Shown here in pieces: positions 28,001 to 38,321 of a stretch of 64,000 nucleotides of DNA. The DNA is from Heterodontus francisci (Eukaryota). Numbering within the stretch: position 1 is the first letter of the stretch; each line of letters opens with the position of its first letter. The DNA is taken from NCBI RefSeq assembly GCF_036365525.1, contig NC_090409.1:31382437-31446436 (forward strand), read 5' to 3'. A model generated the notes under the pieces. It searched no databases and was not told where the DNA came from. It saw only the letters and a list, made by a program, of their open reading frames with translations. The position numbers and the translations under genes are program-made.

Positions 28001-28901
28001 TGCGGGAAAACACCTTTGACCACCGGTCCATCAGGCAGTGGTCTGCATGGAATGTCCTCAAGGCCCTACGGGAAAAGGGGACAGTGGATCCTGTCAGATG
28101 GTTCCCCGAGCAGACCGTCAAAGTCATTTGGCGGAATGCCTCTTCACCAGAACTTTCAAACAAGCACCAAGACGTAGCTTGGCTGGTGGTGAGAAGGGCC
28201 CTCCCGGTCAGATCCTTCATGCACACCCGAAGTCTCGCCCCCTCCGCACAGTGCCCCCGCATTGGCTGTGGTGGGGAAGAGACGGTTGCCCACCTCCTCC
28301 TGGAATGTGTCTTCGCAAAGCAGGTGTGGAAAGAGATGCAGTGGTTTTTGTCAAGGTTCATCCCAAGCAGCTCTGTAACACAGGAGTCTGTGCTCTACGG
28401 GCTGTTCCCAGGGACGCACACCGAGACAAACATCAACTGCTGCTGGAGGACTATCAATTCGGTGAAAGACGCCCTTTGGTCTGCCCAAAACTTGCTGGTC
28501 TTCCAGCGCAAAGAGTTGTCCACCACCGAATGTTGCAGACTGGCACATTCCAAGGTCCAGGACTACGTGCTGAGGGACGCACTAAAGCTTGGGGCAGCCG
28601 CAGCAAAGGCTCAATGGGGAAAGACCACAGTGTAAGGTTCCCCCACCAAGCTGGACTGAGGGGCTGGATCCATGGGAAACCCCTCGAACTGTATCGTTAA
28701 TATTCTCAATTGCTGTAAATGTAAAACTGTAATTGACATGACAATTGTGAAACGGAAGGGTTGGGAAGAAACTCATGACAGTATTGAAGAAAACTGATCT
28801 CCCTTGCAATGTTTGTATTTTTTGGTGCTGTTTGGAAACTGTTTGGCAATGTAATTTTTACAGATTTTTATGAATAAAGTATATTTTGGAAATAAAAAAA
28901 A
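28001..28901 (+). mobile_element. Tx1/L1-clade LINE, 5'-truncated 3' end (copy 1)
   Basis: ORF2 C-terminus with zf-RVT motif CPRIGC-GGEETVAHLLLEC, 3' UTR with AATAAA and poly(A); flanked by AACACTGTTC. Confidence 0.9.
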
Positions 28902-28911
28902 AACACTGTTC

Positions 28912-29811
28912 TGCGGGAAAACACCTTTGACCACCAATCCATCAGGCAGTGGTCTGCACGGAATGTCCTCAAGGCCCTACGGGAAAAGGGGATGGTGGAT
29001 CCTGTCGGATGGTTCCCCGAGCAGACCGTCAAAGTCATTTGGCGGAATGCCTCATCACCAGAACTTTCAAACAAGCACCAAGACGTAGCTTGGCTGGTGG
29101 TGAGAAGGGCCCTCCCCGTCAGATCCTTCATGCACACCCGAATTCTCGCCCCCTCCGCACAATGCCCCCGCGTTGGCTGTGGCGGGGAAGAGACGGTCGC
29201 CTACCTCCTCCTGGAATGTGTCTTCGCAAAGCAGGTGTGGAAAGAGATGCAGTGGTTTTTGTCGAGGTTCATCCCAAGCAGCTCTGTAACACAGGAGTCT
29301 GTGCTCTACGGGCTGTTCCCAGGGACGCACACCGAGACAAACATCAACTGCTGCTGGAGGACTATCAATTCTTTGAAAGACGCTCTTTGGTCTGCCCGAA
29401 ACCTGCTGGTCTTCCAGCGCAAAGAGTTATCCACGACCGAATGTTGCAGACTGGCACATTCCAAGGTCCAGGACTACGTGCTGAGGGACGCACTAAAGCT
29501 TGGGGCAGCCGCAGTAAAGGCTCAATGGGGAAAGACCACAGTGTAAGGTCCCCCCACCAAGCTGGACTGAGGGGCTGGATCCATGGGAAACCCCTCGAAC
29601 TGTATCGGAGAAATTTTGTGTGCTGTAAATGTAAAAATGTATATGGCATGACAATGAAATGGAAGGGTTGTGAGGCAACTCATGATTGTATAGAAGGAAA
29701 CTGATCACCTTTGCACTGTTTGTATTCTTTGACTTGATGCTGTTTTAAACTGTTCGGGAATGTAATTTTTACAGATTTTTATGAATAAAGTATATTTTGG
29801 AAATAAAAAAA
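28912..29811 (+). mobile_element. Tx1/L1-clade LINE, 5'-truncated 3' end (copy 2)
   Basis: Same ORF2 C-terminus and same 5' breakpoint as copy 1, different 3' UTR, poly(A); flanked by AACACTGTTC. Confidence 0.9.
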
Positions 29812-30074
29812 AACACTGTTCCATTGATGATCATTACCAGGAGATCTGCTGTTGCCATGGTCACCATGTAAACAGAAATACATTTGGACAGATCGCACTT
29901 GCTTCGGGAGAGAATCGTAATTGTCACCAAGTTCACTGTAAGAAAGAGAGACGAGATAAATAATGTTATAGTGGTTGTTTGAAATATATATGGCGATATT
30001 TATTGACAGCATTCTCCTCCATTCAGTGTGATTATATAGGATTATCCGTGGAGGTATTTCCTGGGAAATACAGG

Positions 30075-30235
30075 TGATAGGTAAATTGGCCGTTGTAAAT
30101 TGCCCCTAGTGTAGGTAGGTGGTAGGGAATATGGGATTACTGTAGGGTTAGTATAAATGGGTGGTTGTTGGTCGGCACAGACTCGGTGGGCCGAAGGGCC
30201 CGTTTCAGTGCTGTATCTCTAAATAAATTAAATAA
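30075..30235 (+). mobile_element. HE1/V-SINE-type SINE 3' half
   Basis: Reverse complement of the tail region of the 10511 copy (gataggtaaattggcc...cagtgctgtatctctaaataaa). Confidence 0.8.
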
Positions 30236-31052
30236 TCAACTTTGATCATAATTAGCATTTGGTTATAGTCATTTAACAAATAGACTCAGCATGTTGTTTT
30301 TTTTTCTAACAATTCAGAATTAGGGGAAAGGTTAACACTAAGTCAGTTTTGAAAACACTAAATTGAAACATTATTTACAAGTGGAATGAAAATGGATCCT
30401 ATTCCCATAGGACCAGCCAATGCAGTGCACTGAGACCGGATTGTCCTGGGCTCTAACCTATTGATTCAACACCTGCACATCAGGCCGCAGAAGAAATCCT
30501 GTAATATTTGTGATGAAAATAGTCCTGCAGCATTGCAGGTGATTTTCGGTTTTTTTTTGAGACGAGTGGGACTAGTACATGTACACAGAGGTCTGCATGC
30601 TTATTTTGCTGCAGTTACACCACGTTCACAGTGGAAGTGGCCATATTCCTCGGGTACTATTGGTACCATTCAATTATGCTATAGCTGAGCAGGCTGGTCC
30701 TGGAATAGTGGTAATGTCATCACTTGTGCCAGAGGTGACCTGGTTCCCCTGATACTAATGGCATCTATGATTACAGTAAATGTGCCCAACTTCCTCTGTA
30801 CCAGTGGCACCAACACTTACAAGAGATGTGATCGCCCTGCTCCAATACTCCTGATTCAGCACATTTACACTGGAGATAACAACCCTTTTCTGATACTGGC
30901 TGTGATTCCATTTGTTGACTCTAGCGTTGGCCACTGGCGTTAGCCCTACACTTATGAGAGATAAAACAATATTCCTCCGGTACTTGTGATCACCTATAAT
31001 TGTAATGGTGGTAACAGCACTCCTTCACTACTAATGGTTCCCTACACTTACA

Positions 31053-31550
31053 TAAGAACTAAAGAAACATACGAAATAGGAGCAGGAGTCGGCCATATAC
31101 CTCTCAGTCCTGCTCCACCACTCAATACGAGCATGACTGATCTTCCATCTTAACTCCAGTTTCATGCCCGCTTCCTCTAGTCCTATTCCTGGAAAGGCTC
31201 AAGAAGTGTCCATCTCAGTCTTAAATACATTCATTCAACGATGGCGCATCCACAATCCTCTGGAGTACACGATTCCAACGAATCAGAACCCTTTGACTGA
31301 AGACATTTCTCTTCATCACAGTCCGAACCCTCACCATAAACTCTTACCCTGAGTATGTACCCCGACATATTCTGGATTCCCCAGGCAGGAATCCCTCACA
31401 AACACCTTCAGATTCTGATTTGTTTCAAAGAGATCACCTCTGATTCTTCTAAAGTCCAGAGAGTAAAGGACCAATTTACTCAACCTCTCATCATTGGAGA
31501 ACTCACTCATCCCAGGAACCAATCTAGTGAACCATCGCTGTACTGCTTGA
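31053..31550 (-). mobile_element. CR1 3' fragment
   Basis: VQRWFTRLVPGM...RRIRGDL on the minus strand and CR1 3' UTR. Confidence 0.7.
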
Positions 31551-32529
31551 TATGAAGGTCCAAAGGCTTGACAGAAGGCAGGGTGGAGGGGGGGAGGGGA
31601 AGGGAGGAGATCTTGTTTGCTAAAACATAATGACCATAACGTCAAACGGTACCCTTTCCATCTGCAATACCTAATCACCCATGAAAACCCTGTGCATCTA
31701 AGTCCTCTTCTTCATTCTTTTGCACAGTCAGCTGAGATAGAGGAAGACTGCTGATCTTGCTCCCCCTTTGGCTATCGATGTTTCCCTCTGTTTGCCTGAA
31801 GCCTGGTGGGCCTCGGCATTTTGGTGTCCTCCTGTGCAAAAACAACCACACCCTCTGTCGTCAGGCATGAAGGAACACTTGGCGTCACTGCAAAGGGGAA
31901 GAGGAACTGCTGGACTCAGCAGGAGCACCCTGATACGAGCCCCGGAAGGGAAGCTGCTTCCCCGCCCTTGCAAGGCAGACTTGTGCCTCCCTGTGGACCT
32001 GAGCTGGTGGTGACTCCAGGTCCCCTGTCATCCTCTCACCTTGCCGCTGGTGCCTTGACCCATGGTCAATACGTGGGTGTTTTGGTCTGTATGAATATTC
32101 TACAGACACTGATTCTTTGCTGAATGTGGCTCACCATCAGAGCTGCCAGACTCTCAACCGAGGACGCCGCTCATGCACCATTCAGAGACAGCACAACCTC
32201 CAAGGCCTGGGTGGACACCTCCATCATCCATGCTTGGGCATCATAACCTCTGCCTTCTCTGCCAGATGTTGCCTAATGTCTCACTGCAACCACAGCATTT
32301 CCCATGATGCTGGCGAGACCATAATCAAGTCATGCATCTGGAGCTCAGCATGGGCCTTGCCTCCCACAGTTCTTCAACTGTCAGAGACCTGGGCTGTCAC
32401 AGTCTCTATCAGTGACACGGGTGCATGTGTGATTTGCTCACCAAGTTCTGTGTCTGAACTTAACTAGCAACACATACCCACCAACCTGCAAGTATATGCG
32501 CTGGTGGAGGAGTCAGGGCTATGAGTTAA

Positions 32530-32818
32530 GGCGGCATTTGCTGACAACGCTACCGCTAGGTGGCGATGCTGTGGCACATGTGCATGAACAGGAGCCCATC
32601 TGCGCATGTGCGCACGGCGGCTCAGCCTGATGACGTCGTCGCAGGCCAGCGTTGTCAGGAATCACTTTGTTAATTTAACAAAGTGATTCCTGACAACGCT
32701 GGCCTGCGAGGACGTCATCAGGCTGAGCCGTCGTGCGCACATGCGCAGATGGGCTCCTGTTCATGCACATGTGCCACAGCATCGCCACCTAGCGGTAGCG
32801 TTGTCAGCAAATGCCGCC
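32530..32818. repeat. 289-bp near-perfect palindrome (144-bp arms, 1-nt centre at 32674, 2 mismatches)
   Basis: ggcggcatttgctgacaacgc...ctttgttaa-t-ttaacaaag...gcgttgtcagcaaatgccgcc; arms compared by eye. Confidence 0.95.
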
Positions 32819-33880
32819 AATAGCAAAAGACAAGGCATGAGTGCAGAGAGAGTGCTAATGGCAGAATAATGAGCAGGTCTGTATGAAAGCAAAATTAAGT
32901 TAGAGACTAGCACACGTTTAAAATAAATAATTAAATAAATAATATGCACATAAAAATAAGATAAAATAAATAAAATAAATTCAAAATAATAAATAAGCAA
33001 GAAATGATGGGGCTCATGGTCTGAAATTATTGAACTCAATATTGAGTCTGGAAGGCTGTAGAGTGCCTAATCAGTAAATGAGATGCTGTTCCTCGAGCTT
33101 GCATTGATGTTCACGGGAACACTACAGCAGGCCAAAGGCAGGAATGTGGGCAGGAGAGCAGGGTGGAGAATTAAAATGGAAATCAATCGAAAGCTTGGCA
33201 TCTTGCTTGTGGATGGAGAGGAGATGTTCAGCAAAGCGCCAACCAATCAGCTTTTGATCTACCCATTGTAGAGGAGATCACATTGTGAGCAGTGAATACA
33301 GTATACTACATTGAAAGAAGTACAAGTAAATCACTGCTTCACACCAACACAATCTCGAGGAACAGCACCTCACCTTCCGATAAGGCATTCTACAGCCTTC
33401 CGGACTCAACATTGAGTTCGATAACTTCAGACCATGAGCCCCATTATTTTTTTGTTTATTTATTATTTGTATTTTAAAAATATTTTTATATATATTATTT
33501 TTATATATATTATTTTCAATTATTTATTTATTTTTAACCATGTGCTAACTTATTTTTCATGTTTTTGCTTTCATACAGACCTGTTCATTATTCTTCCATT
33601 AGCTCTCTCTCTGGTCTCATGCCTTGTCTTTTGCTACAACTCTTTAGATTCCATTTGCAATCTGTTCCATGACACCTGTCATTTCATCTCGCCCCCCCTC
33701 CGTCCATCACAGCCCTTCCTTCTTGTCCTTCTTTCTCTACCCCCTTCTCACTTGCTCAAAGTCTGTTACATTTCTACCTGTTGCCACTTCTGATGAAAGG
33801 TCACTGACCTGCAACGTGAACTCGGATTCTCCCTCCACAGATGCTGCCAGACCGGCTGAGTATTTCTGGAACTTTCTGTT
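32819..33880. mobile_element. Two Penelope-derived 3' fragments in opposite orientation
   Basis: ctcgaggaacagca...ctcaacattgagttc motif occurs on the minus strand (~33030-33100) and the plus strand (~33355-33430); shared with the Penelope element at 52500. Confidence 0.65.
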
Positions 33881-35082
33881 CTCCATGCGGTTGGAAGATG
33901 GATATTTGAACGTGTTTGCAGGACCAGGCCTTAACTCCTTGCTAATGCTTAATGTAGATTTTCCAAGTATGAAAAGCCGAATAAACTCCTGTAATTCTGT
34001 GTAAAACTCACCATCCACTGCAGTGTGTTCAATATGTGGATCGACCCTATGAAAACCATTCAGTGTGGAAAAGGAACGGCAGGGGCTATAACATGGAGAG
34101 TTACAACTTTGCTTTTCTCAGTTCTACCCATTCCTAACTTTTTTATTTGAGACCATCGCCCACTAGAGGTCCAGCAATTGCCACTAACTCGTTCCTCTAT
34201 CGATTTAAAAGACTGAAGGGACAAGAGATATTTGAAACCTTAAATGCACAGAAATGCTGGATTTCACTTTTCTAGCGTGTAATTGTCATCAGACCAGATG
34301 AATGAAAGTTGGGCGTTTTATCGAATTTGGAAAGAAAAATAGAGAAAGAGAGAAAGCGAGAGAAAGCCAAGGGGAGATGACGTTAGAGATACCCCAGTCA
34401 CGGAGAGGGGACGGTTTTATGACTTGCATGCAAATAGCGGATAAGGTTATCAGGGAGATTGAGACACAGGAAGAGGGTGTAGGACCAACTATGGGACTGA
34501 AAGGACAAGGAGGAGCCCCCACACCCTAAAGTGCAAGAACATAAGGAGGGACAAGCAGCACATGGGGCGGAGATAATACCATCACGTTAATGTTCATACA
34601 ATGTTTAATCACTGAGATTTTATAACTTGCTATTCACAAAATCCCAAATGGATCCCACCCTTCTAATAAAAGGTGAGAAAATCCTATAATTCTTCCTAAT
34701 TTATTGTGCCTCATTTGAAAAATGTGTTTGCATCTATACGAGACAGCATTGTATGCCTGCTTGTTAAAGTGTGTTGTCACAGTTGTGGGTTAGACTAACT
34801 GTCTGCCAAACAATGGAGGTGAGCCCATTCTAAAAACAAAATGAACAAAATATTATGAGAGCAGATGCCTTCTTTCTCGCCAAGCTCTAATGACTGAAAT
34901 AACCCAGCTCTTTGCTTTCAAGAGACTGGGGTTTATTTTCTGCTTACTAGGTAAAACGCAGTTCAAAGCTACTGTTGGTCTAGTTACAGTTCGTGGTCAG
35001 AAAGGAAGCAGATGGTCCGTTGAAATAATAAGGAAATAACAGAACAACTCAAAATAAATATCAGCTTTACTGGACAGAAATG

Positions 35083-36700
35083 AGTCATAGAGTCATAGAG
35101 CTTTGCAGCACAGAAACAGGCCCTTCGTTCCATCATGTCTGTGCCGGCCATCAAGCACTTATCCATTCTAATCTCATTTTCCAGCACTTGGCCTGAAGCC
35201 TTGTATGCTATGACGTTCCAAGTGCTCATCTGAATGCTTCTTAAATGTTGTGAGGGTTCCTGCCTCGACCACCCCCTTGAGGCAGTGTGTTCCAGATTCC
35301 AACCACCCTCTGAGTGAAAACTTCTTCCCTCAAATTCCCTCTAAACCTCCTGCCCCTTACCTTAAATCTATGCCCCTGGTTATTGATCCATCCACTAAGG
35401 GAAAAAGTTTCTTCCTATCTATCGTATCAATGCCCCTCATAATTTTGTATACCTCAATCAGGTCCCCCCTCAGCCTTCTCTGCTCTAAGGGAAACAACCC
35501 TAGCTTATCCAGTCTCTCTTCATAGCTGAAATGCTACAGCCCAGGCAACATCCTGGTGAATCTCCTCTGCACCCTCTCCAGTGCAATCACATCCTTCCTA
35601 TAGCGTGGTGACCAGAACTGTACACAGTACTCCAGCTGTGGCCGAACTAGCATTTTATACAGCTCCATCATAACCTCTCTGCTCTTATATTCTATGCCTC
35701 GGCTAATAAAGGCAAGTATCTCATATGCTTTCCTAACCACCTTATCTACCTGTGCTGTTGCCTTCAGTGATCTATGGACAAGTACACCAAGGTCCCTCTG
35801 ACACTCTGTACTTCCTAGGGTCCTGCCATCCATTGTATATTCCTTTGCCTTGTTAGTCCTCCCAAAATGCATCACCTCACACTTCTCAATATTAAACTCC
35901 ATTTGTCACTGCTCCGCCCATCTTACCAACCCATCTATATCGTCCTGTAATCTAAGGCTTTCCTCCTCACTATTTATTACACCACCAATTTTCGTGTCAT
36001 CTGTGATGATCATACCTCCTATATTCACATCTAAATCATTAATGTACACTACAAACAGCAAGGGTCTCAGCACCGATCCCTGTGGTACACCACTGGTCAC
36101 AGGCTTCCACTCGCAAAAATAACCCTCGACCATTGCCCTCTGTTTCCTGCCACTTAGTCAATGTTTCATCCAATTTGCCAAATTGCCCTGGATCCCATTG
36201 GCTCTTACCTTCTTAACCAATCTCCCATGTGGGACCTTATCAAAAGCCTTACTGAAGTTCATGTAGACTACATCAACTGCTTTACCCTCATCTACACATC
36301 TAGTCACCTCCTTGAAAAATTCTATCAAGTTTGTTAGACACGATCTCCCCCTGACAAAGTCATGCTGACTATCCCTGATTAATCCCTGCCTCTCCAAGTG
36401 GAGATTAATCCTGTCCCTCAGAATCTTTCCAATAGTTTCCCTATCACTGATGTTAGACTCACCGGCCTGTAATTACCTGGTTTATCCCTGCTACCCTTCT
36501 TGAATAATGATACCACATTCGCTGTCCTCCAGTCCTCTGGCACCTCAGACTGTGGCCAGAGAGGATCTGAAAATTTGTGTCAGAGCCCCTGCTATCTCCT
36601 CCCTTGCCTCACATAATAGCCTGGGATACATCTCATCTGGGCCTGGGGATTTATCCACTTTTAAGCCTGCTTAAACAGCTAATACCTCCTCCTTTTCAAT
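35083..36700 (-). mobile_element. CR1 LINE, 5'-truncated (RT to 3' UTR)
   Basis: Minus-strand ORFs SQHDFVRGRSCLTNL, GVPQGSVL, MEFNIEKCEVMHFG, QLEYCVQFWSP. Confidence 0.92.
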
Positions 36701-37161
36701 GCTGAGGAAGGTCAACAGATCAGCCACAAGATGAAGCACCAGAAAATAATTCCGCTATTTTGTTAAAATACAAGTTGCTCACTCCCAGAAACAGCTCAGT
36801 GACATTCAACGCCTGGGGGGTAAGTATCAGCTGTGTTGAGAAGTTTGCATGTTGTTGTTGGCCCACTCTTCAGCGGTGTTCGCAAATGGAGCTTCTTAGA
36901 TGGACCCGGGCCTATAAACTGAGTGCAATGAGCAGGGCGGCAGCCAAAATCTTAAAGGCTCAACTTATGCTGTCTTTGCTGGGGGTCTTCAGCCCTGTAG
37001 TGTGCTCTGTGGAGTCTCCAGTCGGTGGGCAGTTGTCTACGTTCTTCGGCGGGATGCCAATTGCTGTGCATGACCCACCAGTTTAGATGAGAGCAGCAGT
37101 CTTATGTCTCAACTGTGACGTGAAACCTCACTCTCAGTAGACATGAAACCGCAGGGCTGCT

Positions 37162-37168
37162 TATAAAA
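37162..37168 (+). promoter_or_regulatory. Candidate TATA box of gene B (TATAAAA)
   Basis: ~190 nt upstream of the leader ATG, with TGACGT and AACCGCA (RUNX-like) motifs just upstream; motif-only inference. Confidence 0.4.
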
Positions 37169-37358
37169 AGAACAAAACATTGCTCTTCATGGATTGCGAC
37201 ACATTTTTCTCTGCTTCCTCTCTGAAATTTGCAACGGTGCAGGTAACATTTGTGGAATAGAGCAGAACTGAATCAATTTGGCAAGGAACTAATGTCTCTG
37301 AAGTGTCACTTGCACCTATTCCATTGAAGATTCGAAGGCCGGTTTTCTCATTTTTAAC

Positions 37359-37407
37359 ATGACTTTATTGGTTTGGATTTCTTCTGCATGCATTGCTCTT
37401 CTCTCTG
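37359..37407 (+). CDS. Gene B exon 1, signal peptide MTLLVWISSACIALLS
   Basis: First ATG after an in-frame stop; hydrophobic; G|gtaagt donor; 49 nt, same length as the gene C leader exon. Confidence 0.75.
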
Positions 37408-38264
37408 GTAAGTTTGCACTTTTTTTTTGTTGCGTGATGCACGTATTTTAGAATATATTTCTAACTTCTTACTTCAAGCTTGGAAATGTAAGGGGCGTCT
37501 CCTGTGTTCAACAGTCCAAAGGCCCAGGTTCTTCCCAAACCGCTAGGATTATGGTCGTAAAATATACAAAATAAGTGGCAGCTGCCAGTATCTTTCTGCG
37601 CTGTCAAGACACATTTGTGACTTAAGATGTCGCCAATCGCGAGGCAGAAATGTTGGCTGGCAGCGAAAATGTCCAAGTACCAAATGGAGAAATGCGATTG
37701 GCAGCTATTTCACCATTTCAAACAGCTAGGAATGATCAAATCATACATCATTCCGCACAGAAGTAGGCCGTTCAGATTTAGATTGTTATTGACTCTCCTC
37801 ATTCTTCATTCCAAAGTTCAACAACCCCTGGTTCCCTGCATTTACATTAATTGGTCATTTGTCTGCCCATTTCACCGTGATATCCTGTTCACTGTTTATG
37901 ACATATCCGCGCACTGTGTTAACTGCAAACTGTCCATGTCATTAAAATATACCAAAAAGAGCAGTAGCCCTATTACTAGCACCTTGCGAACACCATTATA
38001 TACTTCCCTCCGCTCTCAAAAGCAGCCCGTCATCGCTGATACTGGTTTCAACTTACCAGTCATTTTAGGAACCACGCCACCTTCTAAGAAAAAAACGCTT
38101 CTACCTTTTTATTTCCTGTTTGTCAATGTAAGGGGCATCTCATATATTGAGCAGTTCAGATTCAGGTCCCTTACAAAATGGTGTGAGTATACGTGCCTTG
38201 CTTAAGATACTTTGTTTAATAGCACAGCCCGTCTGTCCATCTTTCGCTTGATCTATCAATCTAA

Positions 38265-38321
<57 letters not shown>

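Larger units (their letters stand above)
27241..29935 (-). pseudogene. GPR139/GPR142-like class A GPCR pseudogene (main coding exon), frameshifted and interrupted by two LINE fragments
   Basis: After the ctttcttacag acceptor: VNLVTITILSRSKCDLSKCISVYMVTMATADLLVMIINGTV | LRIFSYRFPFSFLSYTPVCRVIIYLCTVTFDLSVWFTVSFTFDRFVAVC...RRKSIIFLFTVSGCFILLWL...NPCIY...KFREELK..*. TM2 AxADL, DRF and NPxxY motifs present; frameshifts near 27780 and 27445. Confidence 0.9.

Noticed and set aside
28038-29704. 220-aa and 251-aa + strand ORFs as genes
   Set aside because: They are alternative frames overlapping the Tx1 ORF2 C-terminus.
30690-31050. Faintly periodic stretch (cctacactta / ctgatact echoes)
   Set aside because: Could not define a consistent unit or open frame.
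34012-34046. Minus-strand 35-nt mini-exon candidate (ttttcatag...GATG|gtgagt)
   Set aside because: Splice-like signals only, with no partner exons or recognisable peptide; it does not match the missing GPCR first exon.
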